From an uncultured virus (IMG/VR IMGVR_UViG_3300034106_002431) (lineage: Duplodnaviria > Heunggongvirae > Uroviricota > Caudoviricetes), in the IMG/VR virus record IMGVR_UViG_3300034106_002431: a stretch of DNA of 20,000 bases. The stretch is one strand, 5' to 3'. The notes beneath the pieces are model-generated. The model did no database searches. It had not been told where the DNA came from and saw only the letters and a list, made by a program, of their open reading frames with translations. Shown piece after piece: positions 1 through 7,874 of the stretch (position 1 is the first letter of the stretch; the number at the start of each line of letters is the position of its first letter). A program made the translations under genes and the position numbers.

Positions 1-1020
1 TCTCGCCTTTGAGAATTTAAGCATAGAACTTCTGATTGGCGAGTAGCCAAGATCTTCAGCCTTCTTTCCACAGGTATCAAGCATGAAGTTAAAGAACTTT
101 TTAACTGAATCATTCTTTGAGTTCTTTTCTTTGTATGCTACACCATAGGTAAATGTAGATATGTTATAAGATAGTTTGTTTGGGTTCTTATAGTTTATCT
201 TAACTACACCACTTTTATCTGGAATAAAATCTCCAAGAAATACAGAGGCTGCGCTAACTGTTGGTTGTATAAACCTTCTAGCCTCATTCTCAACAGACAC
301 TGTCTTTAGTCCTCTTGCATATGATATCTCATTATATCCAATAGAGCCATTTGTAGTGCTCTGTACCATTGCAATTCCATGTGATCCAGAAGCACTGTTC
401 ATATACTGCTTAGATATGTCTCCAGGAAATGCACTTGAAAAGTTTTTATTTCCTGGCTTTGTCCAAATTGTTGGAGCCACAGCATTTAAATATGAAGTAA
501 AAACTTCTGAAGTTCCAGAACCATCAACACGGTATACAACTCTAATCTTTGTTGCTGGTATCTTAGGTAGTTTTCCTGATATAAGGTTTTCTTTTAATAT
601 CTGTGGGTCGTTCCACATTGTTATTTGTCCCGCAAAAACTTTAGCAAGAGTATCTTTACTCATCTTTATAGTAACTTTATATCCATCAAGTTTGTAGATA
701 ATTCCAATTGGCCCTGCTACTAATGGAACATATGTAAACTCTTTTGATGGCTTTACTTCTGTCCCAGAGTAAGGAACATCTGACATAGCAAAGTCTGTTA
801 CTCCATTTGAAAACATATTCTTTCCAGCACCTGAACCAGATGCTCCATACACAACAGAATCTCCTGTTGATTTCATAAATTCGACCCTGCATCTGTCTAT
901 AAAGTTAGCAGCAAATGTGGATCCAGCACCTTGAAGGTTATCGGCATGTGAAGGGGTAATAAAAAAAGCATTAGCAAATATGGCTAATGCTGCTGATAAA
1001 GCAATGAATTTAAATTTCAT
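1..1020 (-). CDS. pstS: Phosphate ABC transporter substrate-binding protein PstS (3' end runs off the window)
   Basis: Not in the ORF track. Hand translation from ATG at 1020 gives MKFKFIALSAALAIFANAFFITPSHA-DNLQGAGSTFA...GSGAG...DFAMSD...WNDPQI...YRVDGSGTS, open to base 1. Signal peptide plus classic PstS motifs. Confidence 0.93.
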   Translation of the reverse strand, partial: MKFKFIALSAALAIFANAFFITPSHADNLQGAGSTFAANFIDRCRVEFMKSTGDSVVYGASGSGAGKNMFSNGVTDFAMSDVPYSGTEVKPSKEFTYVPLVAGPIGIIYKLDGYKVTIKMSKDTLAKVFAGQITMWNDPQILKENLISGKLPKIPATKIRVVYRVDGSGTSEVFTSYLNAVAPTIWTKPGNKNFSSAFPGDISKQYMNSASGSHGIAMVQSTTNGSIGYNEISYARGLKTVSVENEARRFIQPTVSAASVFLGDFIPDKSGVVKINYKNPNKLSYNISTFTYGVAYKEKNSKNDSVKKFFNFMLDTCGKKAEDLGYSPIRSSMLKFSKAR

Positions 1021-1026
1021 ACTTAT

Positions 1027-1092
1027 AGTATATACGACAAGGCTATAAAGTTTTGTTATAAATGGCAAACAAACAAAGAACTTTAGATGAAT
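1027..1092 (-). promoter_or_regulatory. pstS promoter: -10 TATACT 6 nt before ATG (leaderless), with upstream 11-nt-period PHO-box-like repeats
   Basis: TATACT at 1032-1027. Tandem 11-mers ATTCATCTAAA/GTTCTTTGTTT/GTTTGCCATTT/ATAACAAAACT at 1092-1049. Confidence 0.5.
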
Positions 1093-1094
1093 AA

Positions 1095-1199
1095 TGGAGC
1101 AGTTTATGGACTTGCTCAGGTCTCCCAGGGTGCGACCCTGGCTTATCCGTACTCAGCAATAGGGTTGCTATAAGCAACTGCATGTATCATGACGGAATA
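1095..1199 (-). ncRNA. Candidate structured small RNA of unknown family
   Basis: Own -10 (TATAAT 1211-1206). Stems TCCGT/ACGGA, CATG/CATG, GTTGCT/AGCAAC, CCAGGG/CCCTGG, and a terminal pseudoknot GAC/GTC + GAGCA/TGCTC. Confidence 0.5.
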
Positions 1200-1211
1200 C
1201 TATCTATTATA

Positions 1212-1628
1212 CTACTTAATTTTAATAGACTTGGGCTTTTTATCTTCAGGAACAATACGAACCACATTAACATGCAGCATCCCGTCCTTAAGTTCTGCAG
1301 ATGTTACTTCCATATACTCTCCCAGTGCAAAAGATCTTACGAACTTTCTTCCTGCGATTCCTTTATGAACTACCTCTGCATCTGTAACTTCAACAATCTC
1401 ACCCTTGATAATCAATGTTCCGTTATCTACTGAAACATCAATATCGTCTTTTGAAAAACCAGCGACAGCCAGTGAAATCTTGTATGTATCTTCATCTAGT
1501 TTGATTAGATCATACGGAGGGTATGACTGTGAGTTTGTTTTATGTGCTGTATTTAGGCGACTCAACTCTCTGTTGAAGCCAATAAAAAAAGGATCATTGA
1601 ATAGATCCATAGCGTACTTTGTTACCAT
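1212..1628 (-). CDS. hsp20: Small heat-shock protein (Hsp20/IbpA-like)
   Basis: YPPYD...ISLAVAGF...HKGIAGRKFVRSF.L...A.LKDGML...IVPEDKKPKSIKIK alpha-crystallin signature. Confidence 0.95.
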   Translation of the reverse strand: MVTKYAMDLFNDPFFIGFNRELSRLNTAHKTNSQSYPPYDLIKLDEDTYKISLAVAGFSKDDIDVSVDNGTLIIKGEIVEVTDAEVVHKGIAGRKFVRSFALGEYMEVTSAELKDGMLHVNVVRIVPEDKKPKSIKIK

Positions 1629-1680
1629 GTTATTCCCCTTTCAAGCGAATAAGTTAAATTACCCCCCTATTGGGCAGGTA
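1629..1680 (-). promoter_or_regulatory. ROSE-like RNA thermometer candidate in hsp20 5' UTR
   Basis: Two hairpins. The second, UUAUUC-G-CUU-GAAA-GGG-GAAUAA (1652-1630), carries UCGCU with a bulged G opposite the SD. Confidence 0.6.
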
Positions 1681-1685
1681 TAAAT

Positions 1686-1714
1686 ATTATAGCATAGAAA
1701 AGCAGGCCTGTCAA
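1686..1714 (-). promoter_or_regulatory. Consensus SigA/sigma70 promoter for hsp20
   Basis: TTGACA (1714-1709), 17-nt spacer, TATAAT (1691-1686), with extended -10 TG. Confidence 0.85.
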
Positions 1715-1728
1715 GTAACAAGCCTGCT
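1697..1728 (-). terminator. Intrinsic terminator after the holin-like gene, overlapping the hsp20 -35
   Basis: AGCAGGCTTGT-TACTTG-ACAGGCCTGCT followed by TTTCT (short U tract). Confidence 0.6.
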
Positions 1729-1742
1729 AGTCTAGAGTGAGA

Positions 1743-2042
1743 TTACTTTACCTGGTTAGTAGCCTTGCCTCCACCAGATGACTTCTTTGCAGGAGCCTTC
1801 TTTGCGGTCTTCTTAACAACCTTTGCAGACTTAACTGCTGCATCTACCTCATCTACTGATGGCATCTTGCCGAATGCAGGATCGTTAGGGTTGGCTGCTC
1901 TCAATACAACGGGCACAAATGCTCCAAGTAGTGAGTATGCTAGTGTCTGGGGATCTGTAACTCCAGAAGCATACATTGCTGTTGCTGCTCCAAGTACTGA
2001 TCTTCCGTATGACGCCAGTGCGTTTTTGATTTGTTGATTCAT
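1743..2042 (-). CDS. Holin-like small membrane protein with Lys/Ala-rich tail
   Basis: Two hydrophobic segments and a basic C-terminus KKTAKKAPAKKSSGGGK. SD AGGAGG upstream. Holin function is inferred only. Confidence 0.6.
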   Translation of the reverse strand: MNQQIKNALASYGRSVLGAATAMYASGVTDPQTLAYSLLGAFVPVVLRAANPNDPAFGKMPSVDEVDAAVKSAKVVKKTAKKAPAKKSSGGGKATNQVK

Positions 2043-2052
2043 AATTTTCCTC

Positions 2053-2211
2053 CTAGGATATTATTTTTGTTAGTACTGTAAAACCAATCCATAGACCAAT
2101 AATTCCTGCGACTCCCGCAAAAACTGGTGGTGCTGGGACTGGCAATTTGAATGCAGCAAATACTACACCACATCCAAAACCTGTTAATACTGATAGTATC
2201 ACATCTTTCAT
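2053..2211 (-). CDS. XapX/DUF1427-like small membrane protein (52 aa)
   Basis: Hand translation MKDVILSVLTGFGCGVVFAAFKLPVPAPPVFAGVAGIIGLWIGFTVLTKIIS with the LPVPAPP motif. ATGA overlap with the upstream gene. Confidence 0.85.
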   Translation of the reverse strand: MKDVILSVLTGFGCGVVFAAFKLPVPAPPVFAGVAGIIGLWIGFTVLTKIIS

Positions 2212-3089
2212 TTTTTATTTTCCTCTACATATCGTTTAATAAATGGAACTATTACGTTGACCTCTTCTGATGGTACTGCATTAATAAGCATATGGTTTAT
2301 GCCTTTACTTTCAAGAGTCTTTACAAGATCATCAAACTGATCGTATGTAAGATAGGCAGTATCAAGGACAGGCTGTGGAACCTCTCCTTTTTTCCATACT
2401 GGTCTGACGACATGGTTTGTTAACAAGTCAAGTTCTTCTTCTGTTTTTCTAATAACAGGAGTAATGGCAATCATTACTTCTACACCCTTTAGTTCAAGAG
2501 GAATCTCTGCAGAACGATGCCTTAAAAAATCAGACCATGCTCCACGAGCATATATGTGATATGGCAAAATAATTTTGTGACCATACTTTTTTGCTACTTC
2601 AAATACATAACTGTTTGTTGTTGAGACATATACGTCTAATTTATTTTTATGATTTGGGTCACGCCAATATCCTGGAGAATCTTTGTCTTGATCCATTTCA
2701 TTTAAAACTTTGAGAAATTCTATCATGTAGTTTGATCTGTCAAGAGGGCTTGATTTGTCATTAACATCTCCAACAACACCACCAACACCATCTTCATGAT
2801 CTTTTATGTATCCAGAAATTAAATTAATCTGAAGCCTACCTTTATCTATCCTGTCCATAGATCTATTTATCATAGAAAGATATTGAGGAGATATTGTATA
2901 TGGACGAATGGCTACTAAGTACTTAATGTCTTCGCCTTTTTCTATATCTTTTGCTGTCTTTACAAACATGTCTCCTTCTGGGATATCATGTGTAAACATA
3001 ACTCCAGAAAAGTTATGGTTGTTTAGGTTGGATGGATCTTTTGGATCCCCAGGGTTTCCCATTACTCCACCAAAATAATAAAATTTCAT
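2208..3089 (-). CDS. Luciferase-like (LLM/SsuD-like) flavin monooxygenase, copy 1
   Basis: KYLVAIRPYTISPQY...MDRIDKGRLQINLISG resembles the SsuD-type FLVAxRP...LDRxSxGRxxxNxVxG segment. Confidence 0.75.
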   Translation of the reverse strand: MKFYYFGGVMGNPGDPKDPSNLNNHNFSGVMFTHDIPEGDMFVKTAKDIEKGEDIKYLVAIRPYTISPQYLSMINRSMDRIDKGRLQINLISGYIKDHEDGVGGVVGDVNDKSSPLDRSNYMIEFLKVLNEMDQDKDSPGYWRDPNHKNKLDVYVSTTNSYVFEVAKKYGHKIILPYHIYARGAWSDFLRHRSAEIPLELKGVEVMIAITPVIRKTEEELDLLTNHVVRPVWKKGEVPQPVLDTAYLTYDQFDDLVKTLESKGINHMLINAVPSEEVNVIVPFIKRYVEENKK

Positions 3090-3232
3090 ACTGTTACCTT
3101 AGCGTAATGATAATCACACAAATCAACTATTCTTGTTTCAGAGTTTGCCCATATATGGGTGCTTTCTTCTTCGCAAAACTCTTCTTCACAGATGAATAGG
3201 TTAATGTTCTTTGTGCTTTTTAATCGTATCAT
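3086..3232 (-). CDS. Small Cys/His (Zn-finger-like) protein, 48 aa
   Basis: Hand translation MIRLKSTKNINLFICEEEFCEEESTHIWANSETRIVDLCDYHYAKVTV. Overlaps both neighbours. TGATAGAAT lies 6 nt upstream. Confidence 0.75.
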   Translation of the reverse strand: MIRLKSTKNINLFICEEEFCEEESTHIWANSETRIVDLCDYHYAKVTV

Positions 3233-3642
3233 TACATTATTCTATCATAGTCTTCTGGGAGTAGTTTCTTTAACTTTTCAAATTCTGAAGATATTTTTTT
3301 TAAAGCAAAATCATGAGGGGCAAGCATGCCCTCAACTGATGACCCATACTCATTATAGTAGTCAATCTGTGGACCAACTTCATTAATAAATGAACTCAAA
3401 CCAGCCTGCACTTCTTCTATATATTGATATGCCCAATCACGAGAATCTGAAACAAATTTCAAAAAATCCTCATTAGACTGATCTTTGTCTGTTTTGTTTG
3501 TATTCCTTGTTAACTGCTGCAGCAATAAAGCCTCTAAGGTCTTAGCAATAATAACCTTGTTAGCCCTTTTTTGTATAACGTATAAAGATAAGAAAAGCAA
3601 AGTTAGAGAAGACAAGATACATATAAAAATTAACTCAATCAT
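3232..3642 (-). CDS. Hypothetical protein with N-terminal membrane anchor
   Basis: ORF track; hydrophobic N-terminus; overlapping start/stop with neighbours. Confidence 0.8.
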   Translation of the reverse strand: MIELIFICILSSLTLLFLSLYVIQKRANKVIIAKTLEALLLQQLTRNTNKTDKDQSNEDFLKFVSDSRDWAYQYIEEVQAGLSSFINEVGPQIDYYNEYGSSVEGMLAPHDFALKKISSEFEKLKKLLPEDYDRIM

Positions 3643-3878
3643 AATTCTTTACCCCCTTCTCTTACTAATAGAACAATCGCTCCATTATCTTCTAGTGCTT
3701 TTTTAACACGGATCATATACTCTATTGCCTGCTTTTTCTTTTCAACTGTTTCAAGAGACATAAAGACTTTTTCTTTTGCTTTAACAGTTATGAATGTGTC
3801 ATTATCTACTAACTCTAAAGAAAATCCTTCAGGACATCTAAGAGATCTGAATGCTCTTCTCATCTGATCTGTATACAT
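3639..3878 (-). CDS. Hypothetical phage protein
   Basis: ORF track; SD GGAG upstream; tight packing. Confidence 0.8.
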   Translation of the reverse strand: MYTDQMRRAFRSLRCPEGFSLELVDNDTFITVKAKEKVFMSLETVEKKKQAIEYMIRVKKALEDNGAIVLLVREGGKEL

Positions 3879-3879
3879 A

Positions 3880-4161
3880 TTACTCCATTGTTAGGGACTG
3901 CCATGTTATTCCCCAGTCTGTCTTTGTCTTATGGCTAGAAAACTCTTTTGATATTTCCCCATTTTCTAAGTATACTCCACCCCAAACTCCCCACTCTTTT
4001 CCAGAAACTCCTACAGAAAAACATTCTTTTCTTACAGGACACTTAGAGCATAGCAAGTCTACGGCAGGCCTTAGTAATTCATCTTCTTCATACTTATCAA
4101 AGAATACATTTGTATCATAATCTAAGCATGCAGCATTATCTTTCCACTCATACTTATTCAT
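3880..4161 (-). CDS. whiB: WhiB-family Fe-S transcription factor
   Basis: W...AAC...FF...C-x2-CPVRKEC...GVWGG: four Cys plus the G[VI]WGG turn. Confidence 0.93.
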   Translation of the reverse strand: MNKYEWKDNAACLDYDTNVFFDKYEEDELLRPAVDLLCSKCPVRKECFSVGVSGKEWGVWGGVYLENGEISKEFSSHKTKTDWGITWQSLTME

Positions 4162-4162
4162 A

Positions 4163-4375
4163 TTACCTTACATACTTGTCAGGTATTTCCCATCCAGTTC
4201 TAGAAACGACAAAGATCTTTTTTAAGTGCCAAGCATTATTTTTTAATGCTCCCTGCTTTGATGTAAAGGCCTTATCTGACCTTGTCATCTCTACAACATC
4301 CCATCCATCCCAGGAAAGGTTGCTGTTCTTGGAAACAATTGCTTCCATTTTTTCAAGAGAACTGATTGATACCAT
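4163..4375 (-). CDS. Hypothetical phage protein (LSWDGWDVV motif)
   Basis: ORF track; SD AGGAG upstream. Confidence 0.8.
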   Translation of the reverse strand: MVSISSLEKMEAIVSKNSNLSWDGWDVVEMTRSDKAFTSKQGALKNNAWHLKKIFVVSRTGWEIPDKYVR

Positions 4376-4387
4376 TATGTGTGCTCC

Positions 4388-4738
4388 TTAGAAGTTGTAT
4401 ACGTTTGTGTTGATATTTTTTGATCTTGATAAATTTACTATTCGAGAAGTCTGCTCTTTTGGATTAGAAACAAAAGCAAAATGATTAAAACTGTTCATGT
4501 TTTCTTCAATCCATTCGGGAGTAACTCTAAATAATTTAATAGACTTTCCTCTAGACTTCATTCCTCTTTCAGAAAGGTTAACAAACTCAGATGCCATTGC
4601 ACTAATATTTGATGGACCAGCAGTGTACAAGTAAAACTCCTTGTCGCTTTCTTCTAGTTCAGATAATGCGACTGCCATTGCTCTAAGAAAAATGTTGTAG
4701 TTGTTGAAACTAGTCGTTCCCTGCACCCCTACTATCAT
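4388..4738 (-). CDS. Hypothetical protein, possibly SLOG/YspA-like
   Basis: N-terminus MIVGVQGTTSFNNYNIF resembles the hhhhGSRxFxDY start of YspA-like SLOG proteins. Weak match. Confidence 0.55.
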   Translation of the reverse strand: MIVGVQGTTSFNNYNIFLRAMAVALSELEESDKEFYLYTAGPSNISAMASEFVNLSERGMKSRGKSIKLFRVTPEWIEENMNSFNHFAFVSNPKEQTSRIVNLSRSKNINTNVYNF

Positions 4739-5123
4739 TGCTTATCCCTTCTCTTAGTTTGTCCAGTATGAATAACATCTTGTCTAATTGTACCTTATCC
4801 ATGGTGCTCGTGTCAACTTGTATCGCAGAGTCTTTGCTGATCAAATTGTCTACCATTGGTGCTGTATAAAACCCATTGTCTTTAATCCAGTACGCTTCAT
4901 TTTCAACAATGATAACTCTAACATTTTCTTTTTCTTGACGAATTTTTGACTGGCTTTTTCTATTTATCTTTTCAATATATTTTCTCTGCTTGGAGTATTG
5001 ATTATGGATCATAGATTGAGTCATCATGGGCTCATAAACTTTTTCCTTTTTAAAGAAGACTATGTATCCTATTATTAATAATAAAGGAACAGTTAAAGCC
5101 AACGCTCCATACAGACTATTCAT
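4710..5123 (-). CDS. Hypothetical protein with N-terminal TM helix
   Basis: ORF track; upstream TGATACAAT (5150-5142) and SD GGGGG. Confidence 0.8.
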   Translation of the reverse strand: MNSLYGALALTVPLLLIIGYIVFFKKEKVYEPMMTQSMIHNQYSKQRKYIEKINRKSQSKIRQEKENVRVIIVENEAYWIKDNGFYTAPMVDNLISKDSAIQVDTSTMDKVQLDKMLFILDKLREGISNDSRGAGND

Positions 5124-5157
5124 GAATGCCCCCAGATAACGATTGTATCACTTTTCT

Positions 5158-5379
5158 TTAAACCCTCAGTCTCCAGTTCATGGCTTTAGGACCTTGCTTT
5201 ATCATTTGAAACATATGGTGCTTATATTGTTCTGTTAGTTCTGCATAGATTTCTGGATTTACTAACTCAAGTTTGTCTGTTATAGAGTAAAGCATTTCGC
5301 CTTTTTCATCTATTCCAGCCATCTCTATGGCACCTTGCATAATTAAATGCTCTACCATTGCTTGGCTTCTTAGGTTCAT
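5158..5379 (-). CDS. Hypothetical phage protein
   Basis: ORF track; TAATG overlap with the nuclease stop. Confidence 0.75.
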   Translation of the reverse strand: MNLRSQAMVEHLIMQGAIEMAGIDEKGEMLYSITDKLELVNPEIYAELTEQYKHHMFQMIKQGPKAMNWRLRV

Positions 5380-5786
5380 TACTTCCCAGACTTCTTTCTA
5401 GCCTTTGCAAGTGCGTCAAAGTCCTTAACCTTTGTGTCGCCCAGATATCCCCATGCATAGCCATCATTAATCATCATGTCATTTAAAGACACTGTGTCAT
5501 CATTAACGTATATCCAACCCAAGATACGGCCATACTTTTCAGATGAATCCATCTTCTCAGTCTTGATTACAACAGATTTGGCATCTTTTAGAGCCTTCTT
5601 TAAATATTCTTTAGACTCAAGGCCAAGAGCCTTTTCCTTAAGATCTTTTGTGCGAGACTCAGGAGTATCAATACCAGCCAATCTTACACGAGATGAAAAC
5701 AAAATGTCAAACCCTAAATCAATAAGAACGTCAATGGTATCTCCATCTACTACATTCTCTACTTTTCTTACATAATACTGATACAT
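5379..5786 (-). CDS. Thermonuclease (SNase-like) family nuclease
   Basis: VVDGDTID...RVRLAGIDTPES...KYGRILG...GYA. Start moved to MYQYY (5786) behind SD GGGGG. Confidence 0.93.
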   Translation of the reverse strand: MYQYYVRKVENVVDGDTIDVLIDLGFDILFSSRVRLAGIDTPESRTKDLKEKALGLESKEYLKKALKDAKSVVIKTEKMDSSEKYGRILGWIYVNDDTVSLNDMMINDGYAWGYLGDTKVKDFDALAKARKKSGK

Positions 5787-5797
5787 AATAAGCCCCC

Positions 5798-6082
5798 TTA
5801 GACCCAATGTTTAATTATAGCACTTACAGCAAGAATTGTCCACAGTATATTAAACCAAATAATTGTAGGCAAAGTCTTTACTGTCGATGACCAAATCAAT
5901 GCAAGGCTTGATACCAATGCAAAGATGTATAGCCACCACCATTGCTTACCGAATAGTAAGCCTGGAAATATAATAGATATTTTTGTCATAAAAGCAAAGA
6001 ACTCAACAGTGTTTGGCTTGTTCCAATACTCTTTGTGTCTCATTGTCTTTAGAGCATTAATCCACTCTGTTCTAAATTTCAT
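5798..6082 (-). CDS. Small multi-pass membrane protein
   Basis: Three hydrophobic segments. Start MKFRT at 6082 (ATGA overlap with the halogenase stop, SD GGAGGG). Confidence 0.8.
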   Translation of the reverse strand: MKFRTEWINALKTMRHKEYWNKPNTVEFFAFMTKISIIFPGLLFGKQWWWLYIFALVSSLALIWSSTVKTLPTIIWFNILWTILAVSAIIKHWV

Positions 6083-7623
6083 TTTAATCCCTCCAAAAAT
6101 TTCCTGTGATCTACACATTCTGACACCTTGTAGTCTTGATATTTCTTGTAATAGTCATACATATCAACACCCTTTTTATAGTCTGCAGAATTTTCTATAT
6201 ATGCTTTTGCAACATCTTTATTAATTGTGTTGTGTGCAGATCCCACAAAGGTCCAACTATTTGATGACCAGTGCTCTCCAGAGTCAAACTTGTTTGGAAG
6301 TCTGACATTCCACTTGTTAATTTTTTCTTGCAGATCTTTTGGCGCATTCTCATATGAAAACTTTTTCCAAAACTCTGTATCATTTCTTAAAGTCATATAG
6401 TGAAAATATATAAATTCAGAAATATTATTGTTCATACTAACTATGTTCTTGTTAAACTCTTGTCTTATCTCTTTCGAGTTCTCGAATAGCCATAGCGGAT
6501 TGTCAAATATCTGTGTCAACTCTACAATGCTAACCCAAATTGATGTTGCTTCTAGTGGCTCAACAAAGTTTGCTGCAAGGCCTACTGCAACACAGTTGTT
6601 GATCCAGGGCTCTTCATAGCATCCAGCATTAAACTTAAAGCCACCCTTGTCTTTTCTTGGATAGGTTGGCTCATAGCCTAAGAACTCTTCTATCTCTTTC
6701 ACTGCTGCTTCTTCAGAGATAAGGGATGAGTCGTAGACATACCCACAACCAAACCTGTTCTGGAGTGGAATCTTCCACATCCATCCGTATTTCATAGCAA
6801 TTGCTTCTGTGTAGGATGGAATCTTATCTGTCATCTCAACAAAAAATGGAACAGCAGAATCTACTGGAAGAAAATCTTTATAACTTTTCCATTTAGAGTC
6901 ATATACTTTTCCAATGATTAGCCTGTGAAATCCGCTACAATCAAAAACAAAATCACACATAATCTTTTCATCATTTTCTAAAGTTAAACCATTTACATAG
7001 TTATCTTTATCTAGTGAGACATTTTTTATTGTGCCATCAACTACTTTAATTCCTCTTTCTTTTCCTATTTCTTTTAGTCTATTTGCTAGTTTGGTAGCAT
7101 TAAAATGTATAGAAATATTTCCTATTTTTTTATAATCATCTATAGGATCTTTTTTAGATACAAATCCGAAATCTCTCTTGTTTGCTTCCAAAGTAAAGGG
7201 GACTTTATTTGCTTCTGAAATTTTTTCTGTAAAGTCTATCTTCTTTACGCTATTATTTAAAGCAATGCTTGCTGCAATAAGAGGGCTATTAGAAAGATAC
7301 CTATCGTACACAGCATCAAAGCCTAGCGACCTATCTGTTGTAGAAAAACCATGGTAATAAAACTCTCCATCATTGTTCCAATTTGTAAACTTGATTCCAT
7401 TTTTAATAGTTGCATCACAATTTTTTATTAGGTCAGACAAAGGAATATTTAAATGGTCAAAGAAATCTGCAAGGTATGGGGTTGACCCTTCTCCTGCTCC
7501 CAAGATTCCTATTTCTGTTGACTCAATAACAGTTATGTTTAGGTCTGGGTATGATCTTTGGGCTTTAAGTGCAGTAAGCCATCCAGCACTTCCACCACCA
7601 ACAACAACTATATTCTTTGTCAT
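6079..7623 (-). CDS. Flavin-dependent halogenase (tryptophan halogenase family)
   Basis: GGGSAG FAD motif, GAGEGSTP, ATIKNGIKFTNW (PrnA K79-equivalent Lys), FDCSGF, WMWKIP (WxWxIP), FVEPLEATS. Start at MTKNI (7623). Confidence 0.93.
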   Translation of the reverse strand: MTKNIVVVGGGSAGWLTALKAQRSYPDLNITVIESTEIGILGAGEGSTPYLADFFDHLNIPLSDLIKNCDATIKNGIKFTNWNNDGEFYYHGFSTTDRSLGFDAVYDRYLSNSPLIAASIALNNSVKKIDFTEKISEANKVPFTLEANKRDFGFVSKKDPIDDYKKIGNISIHFNATKLANRLKEIGKERGIKVVDGTIKNVSLDKDNYVNGLTLENDEKIMCDFVFDCSGFHRLIIGKVYDSKWKSYKDFLPVDSAVPFFVEMTDKIPSYTEAIAMKYGWMWKIPLQNRFGCGYVYDSSLISEEAAVKEIEEFLGYEPTYPRKDKGGFKFNAGCYEEPWINNCVAVGLAANFVEPLEATSIWVSIVELTQIFDNPLWLFENSKEIRQEFNKNIVSMNNNISEFIYFHYMTLRNDTEFWKKFSYENAPKDLQEKINKWNVRLPNKFDSGEHWSSNSWTFVGSAHNTINKDVAKAYIENSADYKKGVDMYDYYKKYQDYKVSECVDHRKFLEGLK

Positions 7624-7826
7624 TACTTTCTCCCCCATTTAACCTTATTCCAACCACGCTCATGGAAGTAATAAAGGATTGTTTTTGTAACTACCTCGAA
7701 ACTTGCGATTGCACCTGCTGTAACTGGTTCTTTGGTTATAAGCCAAGCAATAGCAAATGTATCTGCTGTTCCAATTATACGCCAGGTAATGGCCTTTAAT
7801 GCTGATCTTTGTTTAGATACATTCAT
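7623..7826 (-). CDS. DUF2061 small membrane protein, copy 1
   Basis: RSALKAITWRII...YYFHERGW signature. Start at MNVSK behind SD GGAG. Confidence 0.88.
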   Translation of the reverse strand: MNVSKQRSALKAITWRIIGTADTFAIAWLITKEPVTAGAIASFEVVTKTILYYFHERGWNKVKWGRK

Positions 7827-7874
7827 GCTGGCCACTCCATATTTTTAGGACCTTTACTGATTATGTTCCAAACC

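Noticed and set aside
356..892. ORFs 356-697 (+) and 686-892 (-)
   Set aside because: Both lie within pstS on the other strand or in another frame; no motifs.
1095..1199. TPP riboswitch or hammerhead ribozyme identity for the structured RNA
   Set aside because: GCTGAG and ACCTGA resemble TPP fragments, but the P1/P2 framework is missing; there is no CUGAnGA + GAAA hammerhead core.
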